NCBI GenBank assembly: GCA_963765145.1
Contig: CAVXVG010000026.1
Coordinates: 192,001-256,000, forward strand
Direction: 5' to 3'
DNA: 64,000 nucleotides
DNA from: Parachlamydiales bacterium
Lineage (GTDB): Bacteria > Chlamydiota > Chlamydiia > Chlamydiales > JAJFMK01
Shown here in pieces: positions 37,122-49,161 of this stretch. The notes beneath the pieces are model-generated. The model ran no database searches, had not been told where the DNA came from, and was given only the letters and a program-made list of their open reading frames with translations. Numbering within the stretch: the stretch's first letter is position 1; every line of letters begins with the position of its first letter. Position numbers and translations under genes: made by a program.

Positions 37122-37287
37122 ATTCTCTCCTAGCGCTATTAGTTTTAGCCTAGAACAGGGAAATTAAGAGACAGTTAATCAACCTTAAAGAGATAGAAGA
37201 TTTTCCCTTTACTCTGCGGAAGAAAAAGCTCTCTGAACAGTGATGAATTACCGAACAAGGCCGTTCCTTGCTCCAAACGCTTTGCGC

Positions 37288-37725
37288 TTAAACCTTTTCG
37301 GGGATGATGAGGGTGACGCCTGGGCGTATTTTGTTTTTGTTGGGGATGGTGGTCTTGTTGGCTTCCCAAATCATTTCCCACTTGGTTTCGGTGCCGTAGT
37401 ACTTTTTAGAGATGGAAGATAAGGTCTCTTTGTCTTTCACGGTGTGCTTTTGTTCTACTGCTTCGATAGCAGGTGCTGGCGCTCCTTGAGTAACAATAGC
37501 GACTTCTTCAATAGGCTCTGCAGCGACAATGGGTGCGATTTTCCTTTCTTGGACAATCACAATCGGTTTTGCGGCTTCAATAGGAAGAGCAGGTGGCGGT
37601 GTGGCCGCCACTTTTTCTGCAGGATCTGAAATAAAAGACCGGAGGAGGGCAAAAAGAACCAACGCCGTGCAGAACGAAAAAATAACTGTTCTAAAGGTCG
37701 AACTCTCTCTTCTTCTAGACTTCAC
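37288..37725 (-). CDS. Membrane-anchored LysM peptidoglycan-binding protein
   Basis: N-terminal TM helix; C-terminal HTVKDKETLSSISKKYYG...IWEAN...IRPGVTLIIP. Confidence 0.88.
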   Translation of the reverse strand: MKSRRRESSTFRTVIFSFCTALVLFALLRSFISDPAEKVAATPPPALPIEAAKPIVIVQERKIAPIVAAEPIEEVAIVTQGAPAPAIEAVEQKHTVKDKETLSSISKKYYGTETKWEMIWEANKTTIPNKNKIRPGVTLIIPEKV

Positions 37726-37779
37726 TCCTATCCTCTCTTTATGTAGTTTTTACAGCAATTCCAGCCAATTTTTTACATA

Positions 37780-37850
37780 ACCCAGGGTTGCGTCACCCTT
37801 TCAGGGTTTCCTTACCCTGGGCTACATTCCTTCACCCCATGCTGGGGTGC
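37780..37850. repeat. REP-like element, same family as 7156-7219
   Basis: acccagggttgcg...cttaccctgggctaca followed by the hairpin cacccca-tgc-tggggtg. Confidence 0.65.
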
Positions 37851-37862
37851 TTCCTCTCGTTT

Positions 37863-38951
37863 TCAGCGGGAATTGCTGTAGTTTTTAGATGGTTTTGCCG
37901 ATTCGCCATAAACTCCATCTTTATACCTTTTGGCCATTTCTTCCAAGGTAACAAATGGGACATCTGCAGCATGGCCTGCTTGACCAAACTGTGTCATTCT
38001 TTCTTCGCAAATTTTTTGCATCGCAGATCTGGCTGGCACCATATATTTGCGCAAATCAAACTCTGCCGGGTCTTCAGCCAACACTTTTCGGATAGCCGCT
38101 GTCATGGCTAGGCGGTTATCAGTGTCGACATTGATTTTACGGACACCGGCTTTGATCCCTTTTTGAATTTCACTGACAGGCACGCCCCAAGTCGGTCTGA
38201 TTTTTCCACCATGCTTATTGATTTCGGCAATCAGATCTTGTGGTACAGAAGAGCTTCCGTGCATCACCAAGTGGCAATCGGGTATTTTTTCGTGGATTTC
38301 TAAAATTCTGTCGATCGCTAACACCTCTTTGTCGGGTGCGCGAGAAAATTTATAGGCTCCATGGCTTGTCCCAATGGCAACAGCAAGCGCGTCGACACCA
38401 GTTCTTTTGACAAAGTCAACTGCTTGATCAGGGTCGGTCAGCAATTGATCCATCGTCAACTTTCCTTCAGCCCCATGGCCATCTTCTTTGTCTCCATGGC
38501 CCGTTTCTAAAGAACCCAAAACACCAAGTTCCCCTTCGACTGACACGCCAAGAGAGTGGGCTGCATCAACCACATACCGTGTGACATCGACGTTATATTC
38601 ATATGAGGCAGGTGTTTTTCCATCTTCTTCTAACGATCCGTCCATCATGACACTTGTAAACCCAAGCCTCATCGCACTTAAGCAAGTTTCGGGGCCATTG
38701 CCGTGGTCTTGGTGCATCACAATAGGAATTTCTGGGTACAACTCTGAGGCAGCAATCATCAAATGCATTAAAAAGTGGTCATTTGTGTATTTTCGTGCAC
38801 CGCGGCTTGCTTGGACAATCACCGGACTTTTTGTCTTTCGGGCAGCTTCCATGATCGCTTGGATTTGCTCCATGTTGTTGACGTTGAGAGCAACACATCC
38901 AAAACCCTTATTTTTGGCCACATCTAGAAGAACTCGCATCGGAATTAGCAT
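37863..38951 (-). CDS. fba: Fructose-bisphosphate aldolase class II
   Basis: [46 protein letters not shown]. Confidence 0.96.
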   Translation of the reverse strand: MLIPMRVLLDVAKNKGFGCVALNVNNMEQIQAIMEAARKTKSPVIVQASRGARKYTNDHFLMHLMIAASELYPEIPIVMHQDHGNGPETCLSAMRLGFTSVMMDGSLEEDGKTPASYEYNVDVTRYVVDAAHSLGVSVEGELGVLGSLETGHGDKEDGHGAEGKLTMDQLLTDPDQAVDFVKRTGVDALAVAIGTSHGAYKFSRAPDKEVLAIDRILEIHEKIPDCHLVMHGSSSVPQDLIAEINKHGGKIRPTWGVPVSEIQKGIKAGVRKINVDTDNRLAMTAAIRKVLAEDPAEFDLRKYMVPARSAMQKICEERMTQFGQAGHAADVPFVTLEEMAKRYKDGVYGESAKPSKNYSNSR

Positions 38952-39026
38952 AAATCACCTGTTGAAGTGGAAAGATCATCGCAAGAGTTGATCAAAAAAG
39001 GCAAGCCATGCGAGTGTCCAAGTGTC

Positions 39027-41120
39027 ATGAAAGAAAAACCCGAACACACCAACCGCTTAATCAACGAGAAATCTCCTTATCTTCTTCAGCATGCGCACAA
39101 TCCAATCGATTGGTATCCATGGGGAGAAGAGGCATTTACTGTAGCCAAAGAGCAGGACAAACCTATCTTTTTATCGATCGGGTATGCCACGTGCCACTGG
39201 TGCCATGTGATGGAAGAAGAGTCGTTTCGAGATCCCGAGGTAGCCAAATTTTTCAACTCAACTTTCATTAACATTAAAGTTGATCGAGAAGAGTTGCCCG
39301 AGGTGGACAGCCTTTATATGGAATTTGCTCAAGGGATGGTTTCAGGGGCTTTAGGTTGGCCGCTAAACCTTATTTTGACTCCGGAGCTTCACCCTCTTTT
39401 TGCTGCGACCTATTTGCCCCCTAAAAATAGAGGCGGTTCCATGGGACTCATCGATTTGGCCAAACAAATCGGAGAGGTGTGGAAAGGAGAAGAAAGGGCT
39501 CAACTAGTAGAACAAGCCCATCGAATCATCGAGGTCATTCGTTCTACTAACCAATATGAGCAAGGGCCTGTTCCGCCCAAAGAAGCGATTGATAAAAGTG
39601 CAGAACTTTTCTTTAAAATGGCCGACCCAATTTGGGGTGGACTAAAAGGGGCTCCTAAATTTCCGTTGGCGTATCAACTAAACTTTTTGACGCGCTATGC
39701 GAAAGTCAGAAAGGACAGCAGAGCTCTTTTCTTAGTAGAAAAAACACTAGATAAAATGGCTCGTGGCGGCATCAATGACCATTTAGGCGGGGGTTTTTCT
39801 CGCTACAGCGTTGATGAAAAGTGGAGGGTTCCTCACTTTGAAAAAATGTTATATGACAATGCGATCATTGCCGAGGCCTATTTGGAAGGTTACCTTGCAG
39901 AGTCCAATGAAGTATTAAAAGACGTCGTGATCAAAACACTCGACTATGCTTTGGATGAAATGAGGGGCGACGATGGAGGTTTTTTCTCGGCCCAAGATGC
40001 AGACTCTGAAGGAAAAGAGGGGGTTTACTATACCTGGACACCTGATGAGGTGAGGGCGTTGTTTGATCCTAAAGATGCAGATCTTCTTTGCCTATATTTC
40101 GATATCACCCCATTTGGCAACTTTGAGGGGCGCTCTGTCATAGCAACACCTGATAGTCCGGAAGAATTTGCCTTAAGATACGGTGTTGAACCGAAAGCTT
40201 TTAAAGCACTTTTACATGAGGCAGTCCCTCTTTTACTGAAAACAAGAAGAAAAAGGACGCCTCCGCAAAAAGATGATAAAATTTTGACCTCTTGGAACGG
40301 CATGATCATCAATGCCCTTGCCAAAGCAGGCAGAAGTTTAAGGGTGCAACGGTTTTTAAAGGCTGCAGAGATGTGCGCCCAATTTTTACTGACCTCTCTG
40401 TGGGTTTCCGGGGAACTTAAGCACAGATTTCGGGAAGGGGATGCGGCCATCCATGCAACGGTGGATGATTTTGTCCACCTGATCCGTGGACTTTTATCCC
40501 TGTTTGAAGCCACTCAAGAGACCACTTTACTTCGTTGGGCGATCGATTTAACTGAAGAGGTAGAAACGCGATTTCGGATCAAAGAGGGTGGGTATTATCA
40601 GACTGATCAATTTGAGCCCTATTTGATCTTGAGAAAAGCGCAGTTTGCTGATGGGGCCGAGCCAAGCGGCAATAGTGTCCACGGAGAAAATCTTCTGCGG
40701 CTTTATCAAATGACATTTGATAAGAAATATTTAGAGAGGGCTGAGGCCCTTTTTGGCGTCTTGAATGTCCCTCTTTCGTCGGTATCTCCCGGTTATCTTT
40801 ATAGTATGATGAATCTTTTGAGGTACCACGACCCGCAAGCGACTACTTACGTGCTTGCTCTTGATAAAGAGGGCCATTTGAGAGAAGAAGTGCAGGAAAA
40901 ATTTTTCAAAAGCTATCATCCACATAGTACTCTTTTGATTTTGGAAGAAGAAGGAGACCTGAAGCGGGCTTTGATTCCAGCGCTTGAACCGTACCGTCCC
41001 GTTGACCGTCAAACAACACTCTATCTTTGCAGATCTGGCATCTGCGGCCCCCCAATTGTGGGTAAAGAAAAAATATTAGGGTCTGTTAGCTTGAAATCAG
41101 ATATAATAGGTGAGCCGTGA
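39027..41120 (+). CDS. Thioredoxin-domain protein, YyaL/DUF255 family
   Basis: [53 protein letters not shown]. Confidence 0.93.
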   Translation: MKEKPEHTNRLINEKSPYLLQHAHNPIDWYPWGEEAFTVAKEQDKPIFLSIGYATCHWCHVMEEESFRDPEVAKFFNSTFINIKVDREELPEVDSLYMEFAQGMVSGALGWPLNLILTPELHPLFAATYLPPKNRGGSMGLIDLAKQIGEVWKGEERAQLVEQAHRIIEVIRSTNQYEQGPVPPKEAIDKSAELFFKMADPIWGGLKGAPKFPLAYQLNFLTRYAKVRKDSRALFLVEKTLDKMARGGINDHLGGGFSRYSVDEKWRVPHFEKMLYDNAIIAEAYLEGYLAESNEVLKDVVIKTLDYALDEMRGDDGGFFSAQDADSEGKEGVYYTWTPDEVRALFDPKDADLLCLYFDITPFGNFEGRSVIATPDSPEEFALRYGVEPKAFKALLHEAVPLLLKTRRKRTPPQKDDKILTSWNGMIINALAKAGRSLRVQRFLKAAEMCAQFLLTSLWVSGELKHRFREGDAAIHATVDDFVHLIRGLLSLFEATQETTLLRWAIDLTEEVETRFRIKEGGYYQTDQFEPYLILRKAQFADGAEPSGNSVHGENLLRLYQMTFDKKYLERAEALFGVLNVPLSSVSPGYLYSMMNLLRYHDPQATTYVLALDKEGHLREEVQEKFFKSYHPHSTLLILEEEGDLKRALIPALEPYRPVDRQTTLYLCRSGICGPPIVGKEKILGSVSLKSDIIGEP

Positions 41121-42991
41121 ACTCTTTTAAGCCGTTAAAACCGCTCCCTTCTCCCTTGCATCCTCCAGAACCTGAGGATGAAAAGGATATGCTCGAGCTT
41201 CTAGAAAAGCCTGGAAATTTAGATCTGGCAAAAGAAAAACTGATCCAGATGCTGCAGAAAGGGAGATTTTCTGAAGAACTTTGGGCTCTTTATCTTGAGA
41301 CATTGTTGATTGAAAAAGAGACCAATCAAGAGCTTTTGTCTTCAGATCTTTTAGAAATTTTCCCCTACGTAGCCTCGGTCGCCAAGTCGGGTGGTGTAAA
41401 ACTTAGCCCTTCTTTTTTATGGAGATGGGGCCTAACTCACTATGCAATTGGCTTGCAAGGCGAGGAACCGTGGGACTTTGTCCGGTCTATCTCACTTTTG
41501 AAACGAGCCATCTCTTTTGGGATGGAAAGGGGCAGCCTCTGCTTTGATTTGGCCAAATGCTATTTTTTTCTCCAAAGATTGTTGAAAGACCGATCTTACC
41601 TCGAAGAGGCCATCCGTTGGCTCGAGCGAGGCGAAAGGCTAACAGGGGGCATTCAAGAAGAGATGTTACCCCTATTTCGGGTGATCAGCTTAAGCCTTTT
41701 CCAAGAATCTCCTTCTGAAGAGCTATTGAACTGGAGCATCCGTTTTTTTACCCCGGAACTACCCAATGAAGGGGTTGAAGAATGGGTCGAAAAGGGAAGA
41801 TATTACCTCAATGCCGCTCGGTTTAAAGGGGACTTAACGCTTTATCAAAAAGCTTTAGAACAGTTTCAAAAGGCTGAAGAAGCCGGCTATGATTCTGCCG
41901 ATATGACCCTTATGCTGGGTGAAACCTTTCTTGGAATGGGTGCAGATGGAGAGCGGATCGACCTTTTACGTGAGGGGCAAAATCTTTTAGAGTATGTCGC
42001 CGATCTTCATCCGGAAAATAACCGTCCTTTAGAGCTTCTTGCAGAAGGATATTTTGAAGAGGGTTCTTTTTTACAAGATCAAAGTTTAATAGAACTTGCT
42101 TGTGATGCCTACTTCGAAGCGCTCTCTGTCGATCCAACATCCGGAGATGGATATTGGGGTTTAGCACGTGCATTGACCCTTTTAGGAGAATTAAAAGGGG
42201 ATATTGTCTCGATCCAAAGGGCTTCCTGGTTTTTTGCAGAATCTGAATACCATCTGAAAGATAAACCAGCTCTTTTCTATGCAGATTGGGGCTTTTGCCT
42301 CTTAAAATTTGCTGAATTGACGCAGGACAATGCGTATGTGAGTTTAGCAATTATTAGGCTTGAACAGGCTCTGAAATCCCTCGGAAATGATGCGGCTCCG
42401 AGTGAATGGTTGTACCATTTGGGATGTGCTTATGACCTGCTAGGCGATCAAACCATGCAGATCTCCGACTACGAAAAAGCCATCTATTTTCTCACGCGGG
42501 CTATGACGGCTGAGCCACCACATCCTTATGTGCGGTTTAATTTGGCATCGGCCCTTTCCCATTTAGGAGAAGCAACAAATGAGCCGGAGTGTTTTGAGAA
42601 GGCCTTTGAACTTTTTCGTACCCAAGCAGAAAAAGACCCGGAAGATGATGTGGTTTTTGCCGAATGGGGAGTGTCACTTTTAAGCTTTGCAGAACTTGTG
42701 GACGACCCTTCACTTCCTACTCGAAAGGAGTCGGTATTCCGTGAGGCTGAAGATCGTTTAGAGTGGGCCCGTCGCCATGGCAATTTGCATGCTAGCTACC
42801 ATTTAGCCTGCCTTCACTCGTTGCAGGGCAACTTAGACGCCGCTAACCACTTTTTAGAAAGAGCCGATGTGATGGGAGTTCTTCCCCCTCCAGACGAGCT
42901 CATCGAAGATGAGTGGCTAGATGCCGTCCAGGCTACCCCCCAATTCGAAGCCCTAGTCGCCCGCATCAAAGCTAAGAAAAAGCCCACATAA
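41117..42991 (+). CDS. Tetratricopeptide-repeat protein
   Basis: Repeated helical motifs ([36 protein letters not shown]). Confidence 0.82.
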   Translation: MNSFKPLKPLPSPLHPPEPEDEKDMLELLEKPGNLDLAKEKLIQMLQKGRFSEELWALYLETLLIEKETNQELLSSDLLEIFPYVASVAKSGGVKLSPSFLWRWGLTHYAIGLQGEEPWDFVRSISLLKRAISFGMERGSLCFDLAKCYFFLQRLLKDRSYLEEAIRWLERGERLTGGIQEEMLPLFRVISLSLFQESPSEELLNWSIRFFTPELPNEGVEEWVEKGRYYLNAARFKGDLTLYQKALEQFQKAEEAGYDSADMTLMLGETFLGMGADGERIDLLREGQNLLEYVADLHPENNRPLELLAEGYFEEGSFLQDQSLIELACDAYFEALSVDPTSGDGYWGLARALTLLGELKGDIVSIQRASWFFAESEYHLKDKPALFYADWGFCLLKFAELTQDNAYVSLAIIRLEQALKSLGNDAAPSEWLYHLGCAYDLLGDQTMQISDYEKAIYFLTRAMTAEPPHPYVRFNLASALSHLGEATNEPECFEKAFELFRTQAEKDPEDDVVFAEWGVSLLSFAELVDDPSLPTRKESVFREAEDRLEWARRHGNLHASYHLACLHSLQGNLDAANHFLERADVMGVLPPPDELIEDEWLDAVQATPQFEALVARIKAKKKPT

Positions 42992-43100
42992 ATGTAGCTT
43001 AGGCTTTAGCCTGAGCTCGTTTTGCAGGACTTTAGTCCTGCTGGAAGCTTGCGGGTTAAAACCCGCAAAAACGAACTCAGGCTAAAGCCTAAGCTACATT
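42991..43100. repeat. Nested palindromic element between convergent stop codons
   Basis: 33-bp outer arms aatgtagcttaggctttagcctgagctcgtttt / aaaacgaactcaggctaaagcctaagctacatt with two inner hairpins. Confidence 0.85.
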
Positions 43101-43734
43101 ATACAGGGATGTCTTTGGTGTCGAGCGTAGGGCCAATGTTTTGCAAAGCCAGTTTGTACTTGTCGGGCTCTGCATCTTTAATGTCTTGAAGGAAGGCTTT
43201 ACGGTCGTGGGTGTTCATGTGGGGAAAGAGAACCTCCATCATTCCGACTAGTTGATCGACTGTCATTTCGTGATAGGTTTTGGCTTCCACTTTCTTGAGC
43301 TCTTCATCGCTATAGAGTCGCTGCAATTCGGGCAAAATCGTCGTCTCTTCTTGGTAAAGATGGGCCAGATTGTCTGCTACAAATTTTCTGTAATAGAGGT
43401 AAAATTGATAGCCACCCTCAACTTGTTCCTCTTCCGACTTGGCTTGAATAGCTTTATCTAACAGCTTCATTAAGTGCTTAAAATCGAGCTCTTGTTCCTC
43501 ATGATCTTTCTCGATTTGTGTCAAAATTTCAGAGTTTTTTCCCTTCAGTAGGCCATGTAATTTGTCATTCTCATAGGCAGCATGCCCATTTAGCATACTA
43601 ATTAACCTTTCAAGCTCTAACTGAAGCCTTTTTGTCTCTTCGGGAGATCGAAAGTCAATTTTAGCGGCTATCCTCTCAACGTCGTTGAGTGCGGCACTTA
43701 CAAATTTATGCTCTCTGTAGAATTTGTATCTCAT
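43099..43734 (-). CDS. Hemerythrin-like (HHE cation-binding) domain protein
   Basis: EHK, GHAAYEN, KDHEE and AHLYQEE His/Glu pattern. Confidence 0.8.
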   Translation of the reverse strand: MRYKFYREHKFVSAALNDVERIAAKIDFRSPEETKRLQLELERLISMLNGHAAYENDKLHGLLKGKNSEILTQIEKDHEEQELDFKHLMKLLDKAIQAKSEEEQVEGGYQFYLYYRKFVADNLAHLYQEETTILPELQRLYSDEELKKVEAKTYHEMTVDQLVGMMEVLFPHMNTHDRKAFLQDIKDAEPDKYKLALQNIGPTLDTKDIPV

Positions 43735-43781
43735 TTCTTCAGCTTAATCTTTCTTTAATTAAAATAAGTTATCATGCTTGC

Positions 43782-44555
43782 ATGAATATTTTGAATGTTA
43801 TCCATCAAAACATTGTTGCACCGATAACAGAAAAGATAGGCCATCTGAATAAGAAAGTCGATGGGGCGAGCCAAGATCCAGATCTTTATAAAGCTTTACT
43901 AGCTACGGATGCAGCTTTTGCTATAGCTACATGGTCAATGCTTAATGGAAAAGGTTTCATGCTTCTTTTGCACGAAGTTGTTGGGCATGGTTTTTTTGGC
44001 TATCGCATGACCACAGATTACACAAACGGAGTCAAACCGAGTTTTTCAATTAAGCCAAGAACCTCTTCAAGTAACTCTTTGATAAGCTTTCTTTTTAAAC
44101 TAAATTTTGACGGATTAGCTAATCCTGGGCATGGAAAGCCTAATTGGTTAGGTAAACGACTAGGGACAGACGGGACATTAGCCTGGCATGCTTTTTCCGG
44201 TTCAGTTCCTCAACTTTTTTTAGATACAGCCCTAGCTCTTGGGGGTATTCAGCTTTTTAAGAAACACCCGTTTTTTGGCTTTTTTCTTACCTTTTATGGG
44301 TTGATTTCTCATCTGTCTAATGCACGCTATCCCATTACTGCAGGCTTGATGAGTCCGCAAAAACTTCTTTCTGAAGCAAAAATGGGGCACGATTTTTCCA
44401 GATTTGCTGTTTGCATGAGCAATATAACAGGGGCTAATCCGCAGAAGATTGCCCGGATCACCGCAGCAGTGTTTCTTCTAAGCGTCCCTTTAATCTGCCT
44501 GCTCTACGCCCGAAGCCTTAAAAAGCAGGAACCCGAGGCAGTGCCACCAACTTAG
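43782..44555 (+). CDS. Hypothetical membrane protein with HExxGH motif (possible intramembrane metalloprotease)
   Basis: LLLHEVVGHG next to a hydrophobic segment, downstream GHDF, several TM helices. Confidence 0.6.
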   Translation: MNILNVIHQNIVAPITEKIGHLNKKVDGASQDPDLYKALLATDAAFAIATWSMLNGKGFMLLLHEVVGHGFFGYRMTTDYTNGVKPSFSIKPRTSSSNSLISFLFKLNFDGLANPGHGKPNWLGKRLGTDGTLAWHAFSGSVPQLFLDTALALGGIQLFKKHPFFGFFLTFYGLISHLSNARYPITAGLMSPQKLLSEAKMGHDFSRFAVCMSNITGANPQKIARITAAVFLLSVPLICLLYARSLKKQEPEAVPPT

Positions 44556-44613
44556 GTAAAAGCTTCTTGTAAATTTAACAGGGAGAACAGGAGATGGAGG
44601 CGATATAGAGAGT

Positions 44614-44763
44614 GTGAAAAAAGTGGTTGATGAGCTGCTAAGTGATATATTTCCTGGCATTCAGGACCATCAGAAACCGGTTCTCAAAGAATTTGTCGTA
44701 GATTTAATAGTAGACTGGCCAGAAATTCAACAAGCAATGGATAAATTACCCAAAGAAGTATAA
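44614..44763 (+). CDS. Possible 49-aa small protein or gene remnant
   Basis: GTG start, VKKVVDELLSDIFPGIQDHQKPVLKEFVVDLIVDWPEIQQAMDKLPKEV*, purine-rich upstream, hairpin immediately downstream. Confidence 0.35.
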   Translation: MKKVVDELLSDIFPGIQDHQKPVLKEFVVDLIVDWPEIQQAMDKLPKEV

Positions 44764-44766
44764 ACG

Positions 44767-44797
44767 CAAGTCCCGACCAAGTTTAGGTCGGAACTTG
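44767..44797. terminator. Hairpin between convergent genes
   Basis: caagtcccgacc...ggtcggaacttg stem. Confidence 0.5.
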
Positions 44798-44815
44798 TGT
44801 TAAGAAGAAGGGGTG

Positions 44816-46619
44816 TTAACGCTTGGCGGGGATTGGGGCTTTTCTCATCCGGATAACGGTTGGGGTTACCTCGATCCACTCATCGTCTGCAATGAAGTCG
44901 ATCGCTTGCTCAAGTGTGAAACGGCGGGGAGGGGTGAGGACGATGTTCTCGTCATTTCCCGAAGCCCGAACGTTTGTTAGCTGTTTACCCTTTGTTAGGT
45001 TAACCTCGAGGTCATTGTCTCGAGAGTGTTCTCCGACAATCATCCCTTGATAAACCTCTTCACCAGGCGATAAGAATAACTCGCCACGCTCTTGCAATGA
45101 GAAAGAAGCATAGCCAGTCACTTGTCCTTGGCACATCGAGACTAAAACGCCCCGCTTTCTGCCTGGGATTTCACCTTTAAAAGGGATGTAGCAGTCAAAA
45201 ACAGAGGTTAAAATTCCAAGACCGCGTGTCATGGTAAGGAAAGAGTTTCCGGAAACCCATCAAACCACGGGTCGGAATCATAAACTCTAGTTGAGTCATG
45301 CCATGCTCATTTGTGGTCAAATTTTGCATTTCACCTTTACGGCGGCTCATCTCTTCAATGACACTTCCTGCAAATTCTTCTGGCACTTGAAGGGTTGCCC
45401 TTTCTTGTGGCTCATGTGTAACACCTTCGATTACTTTGGTGATAACCTGTGGTTTCATGAGCGAGAATTCGAAGTTATCTCTTCTCATCGCTTCGATTAG
45501 AACCGCTAAGTGCAATTCACCCTTTCCGGCGACAGAAATTTTATCTTGCGAACTAGTGAGGTCAATTTTAAGGGAAATGTTGGCCTTTTTCTCTCTTTCA
45601 AGACGCTCTTTGATCTTATTGATGGTCACATGCTTTCCGCTGCGGCCAACAAAGGGGCTAGAGTTAACGCAAATGTCGATCGAAACGGTCGGCTCTTCAA
45701 GCTTAATCCTCGGCAATTTGACGATTTTTTCAGGTGAGCAAAGGGTGTCGCCGATGATCACTTCGGGCATGCCAGAAATGCTGACAATGTCGCCGGCTCC
45801 CGCCTCGTCCATCTCAACTTTGATAATCCCTTGGTAACCTTCGATTTTGGTCACTTGCCGTCTGTTTTCTTTTCCGCTTTCATCGATGTGGATGATCGTT
45901 TCACCCTTTTTAACAGTCCCTTGCAAGATACGTCCGGAAGCTTGGCGACCTAAGAAGTCGTCAAAAGAAGTTGTTGAAACATGCATTAAAAACTTTTCTT
46001 CGATGTCTCCGCCAGGAGGAGGAACCGCTTCGAGTACCATTTCGAAGAGAGGAGTCATGTCCTTTCTTTCGTCGCCGATGTGTTTAAAAGCAAAGCCCGA
46101 AAGACCGGAAGCATAGATGTGACGGAAATCAAGCTGTGCATCTGTAGCGCCAAGTTCAACGAAAAGGTCGAATGTTAGGTCGAGCACCTTGTCAGGAGCT
46201 GCGTGAGGTCTGTCGATTTTGTTGATCACAACAATCGGTTTTAATCCCATTTGCAAAGCTTTTGACAACACAAACCGCGTTTGTGGCATAGGCCCTTCTA
46301 AAGCGTCTACTAGAAGAAGAACGGAGTCGACCATCCCTAAAATCCTTTCCACTTCGCCCGAAAAGTCGGCGTGGCCGGGAGTGTCGATGATGTTGATCTT
46401 GGTGTCGTTGTACATCACCGAAGTGTGCTTAGCGAATATCGTGATACCGCGCTCTTTTTCTTGATCGTAAGAGTCCATGACCCTTGCATCGACCGCTTGG
46501 TTATCGCGGAAGGTGTGTGTCTGCTTTAGCAAAGCGTCAAGCATCGTGGTTTTGCCATGGTCGATGTGAGCAATAATGGCGATGTTACGGATTTTGTTGG
46601 CGGGAAGTACGTTTTTCAT
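44816..46619 (-). CDS. typA: Translational GTPase TypA/BipA (single +1 frameshift near 45250)
   Basis: [26 protein letters not shown]. Removing one A in cggaaactct restores [12 protein letters not shown] and joins ORFs 45195..46619 and 44816..45232. Confidence 0.93.
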
Positions 46620-46701
46620 AATAGGTACTAAAAAGGTAACATAAGTTGTATTTGATTTGAAACAGCTTAAGGGCTTATATTTTTATCTATAATGTGAGCG
46701 C

Positions 46702-48153
46702 ATGTTGGACCGATTCGAAGACGAAACAAGTGATGCAGGGGCAAAAGAAGTTCCTGAAAGTCATACAGAGCTTGTCGACGACTATTTGGATCAGTGTCTA
46801 GATAATGCTTTTGAGTCTGAAACCCAAAAAGTTGTCCTTCATGAAGTAGCGGCCATTGCATCGGAATTTGACCCGATCGACTTGGCCCATGCGGTGACCC
46901 GTCTTCCGGCAAGAGCCAGATTTATCGTCTATGACAACCTGCCCGACTTAGAATCAAAAAGTATTTTTATGATTCACACGGGAGGCAACACCCGTTCGGC
47001 CATCTTACGACAGCTAAGCGACCAAGATATTCAAAAACTTGTTGATAAAATGCCGCCCGACGAGGCAGTCGCTGTATTAGACGATCTCCCTGCGCGCAGG
47101 TTAAAGAAAATTTTTGATCAATTAGAGCCTAGAAAGGGCAGAAAAATCAAAGAACTCCAGTCTCACAGTCGTTACAGTGCCGGCCGTTTGATGACCAACG
47201 AATTTTTTTCGTTTGGGCTGGACCAAACGATCATTGATGTGAGCCGCGCCATCCGAAACAATCCCGGAATTGACCTGACAAGCGCCGTTTTTGTTGTGAA
47301 CCCATCGGGAGAATTGATCGGCGTTGTCCCAAGCCGCAGCTTGATCGTCAATGCGCAAGACACCAGCTTGCGACGGATCATGGCGCCGGTTCAGCATAAA
47401 GTTTCTCCCGATACACCAAGAGATGATGTGGTCGATTTGGTAGACCGTTATTCCATTACCGCACTGCCTGTGGTCGATGATGAGGGGAGGCTAGTGGGTG
47501 TCATTTCGTATGAGGATGCTGTCGAAGCGATGCGAGATTTAGCGGATGAGACGATCGCAAGTTTTGCCGGTACAACAGAAGAGGTTTCTGAGGACGTCCC
47601 GACCTGGAATAGAATCCTTTATAGAAGCCCTTGGCTGGTTGTCACCTTGTTTGCCGGTATTACAACAAGTACCGTCATGACCCACTTTAAAGATTTAAGC
47701 TGGTTTGTCTTCGTCCCATTTTTTGTCCCTTTGATTGCTATGATGAGCGGCAATGTGGGCATTCAGTGCAGTACCATTTTAGTCCGATGGATGGCTCAAG
47801 GGGAGTTTTCTGCTACATCAAGAAAAGAGGCCGTTGCAAGCGAGCTAGTCGTTGGCTCCATTTTGAGCCTTATTTTTGGTGTTGGAGGGGGTTTCGTCAT
47901 CTATTTCTTGAGTTTATGGGGAGTCTACCATACCGGCGGCGATTCGTTAGAGGTTAGCCTCATGGTCGCGTCTGGGCTGTTTTTTGCTTGCTTGACTGCC
48001 ACCTGTCTCGGCACATTTTCTCCTATTTTATTTTACCGTATGAATATCGACCCTGCAGTGGCTTCCGGCCCTATTGTCACGGCATTCAACGACTTGTTAT
48101 CGACCACAACGTTTATTTTGGTGGCCTATGGTGTCTTCCGCCTCTTCCTTTAG
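46702..48153 (+). CDS. mgtE: Magnesium transporter MgtE
   Basis: N-domain, CBS pair (SAGRLMT, LPVVD), RSPWL, SGNVGIQ, IDPAVASGPIVTAFND. Confidence 0.95.
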   Translation: MLDRFEDETSDAGAKEVPESHTELVDDYLDQCLDNAFESETQKVVLHEVAAIASEFDPIDLAHAVTRLPARARFIVYDNLPDLESKSIFMIHTGGNTRSAILRQLSDQDIQKLVDKMPPDEAVAVLDDLPARRLKKIFDQLEPRKGRKIKELQSHSRYSAGRLMTNEFFSFGLDQTIIDVSRAIRNNPGIDLTSAVFVVNPSGELIGVVPSRSLIVNAQDTSLRRIMAPVQHKVSPDTPRDDVVDLVDRYSITALPVVDDEGRLVGVISYEDAVEAMRDLADETIASFAGTTEEVSEDVPTWNRILYRSPWLVVTLFAGITTSTVMTHFKDLSWFVFVPFFVPLIAMMSGNVGIQCSTILVRWMAQGEFSATSRKEAVASELVVGSILSLIFGVGGGFVIYFLSLWGVYHTGGDSLEVSLMVASGLFFACLTATCLGTFSPILFYRMNIDPAVASGPIVTAFNDLLSTTTFILVAYGVFRLFL

Positions 48154-48845
48154 TCAAAAGTTTTGGGAAAGCTTCTCTTTACGTACCACTACAGCTTAAA
48201 ATTCTAGCTTTTGATGCCTTCGAGTATCTAAAAGTTGTATTCAGGTACTACCGAAATGGGCCCTTTGCCAGAGCCGATTTTTCTTTAGTCATGAAGGGGT
48301 TTATTGAAAACCCTTTCAGAGTGGCCCGATTTTATGCCGAAAAGAGGGGAAAGGGGCACCTTTCTGCCTACACCTATGGCGAAACTCCACTAACCACTTT
48401 TGCAGAAATCGCGAAGGCAGCTGAACTTGGCAGCAACACTAAGCTGATTGAATGTGGTGCAGGGAGGGGGCGTGTGACTCTGTTTGCCAAGTACGTCTTG
48501 GGTTGTAGTGTTGTTGCCTACGAGAAAGTGCCGGAGTTTGTAAAACGGCTCAAAAAGTCAGGAATTACTGTTGTTGAAGGTGATTATTTCACTGCAGATT
48601 TTAGCCAAGCGGACGCCATTTACCTTTATGGGTCTACATTGAGTGATGACGAGATCAGAAAGTTGGGTCAGCAGTTGCAAAAAGCCAAAAAAGGGACCAT
48701 TTTCATTTCGACCAGCTGGTATTTGAATGAAACAAGAGGGGACGCCCCCTTTCTGATCCTAAAAGTATTGAACTGCCCCTTCCCCTGGGCAAAACCAACG
48801 TCTACATCCAAGTCAAAGACTCCTAAAACCAGAAAGCCATCTTGA
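48128..48845 (+). CDS. Class I SAM-dependent methyltransferase (start and end uncertain, probable indels)
   Basis: YTYGETP, IECGAGRG, GDYF, AIYLYG. One extra G at ~48788 would give the ending FPWGKTNVYIQVKDS* (stop 48826). Confidence 0.75.
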
Positions 48846-48857
48846 AAAGAGCATCCT

Positions 48858-49047
48858 ATAAATTTAACAGGGTGAACAGGATAAGCTCTGCCTAGCATTA
48901 TTCTACAATGGTGAAAAATATGGAAATAAAGTGCTTCGCCAAAAGTTAGTTTTACAGTCCAAACTTTTTTTTCGCTTATTTTTACCAAATTAATTGCCTT
49001 TGTTGCGGAGGTTGTCCTGTTCATCCTGTTCACCCTGTTATTTTTAT
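48858..49047. repeat. Inverted tandem-repeat element (AACAGGRTG 9-mer family), empty
   Basis: taacagggtgaacaggat ... cctgttcatcctgttcaccctgtta around an AT-rich core; half copy at ~44570-44592. Confidence 0.75.
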
Positions 49048-49161
49048 ACGATTCTTATCACCGAGGTTGACGTCTTGCTTGCTCATCCGATAAATGACTG
49101 TTGCTTTTTGTTTGGATTGACCAGGGGGATCTGTGGTAAAAAGGGTGTTTAGGGAGAGTGA

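Noticed and set aside
45232..45260. Programmed frameshift in typA
   Set aside because: No convincing slippery heptamer; TypA is normally a single ORF, and neighbouring genes show similar indels.
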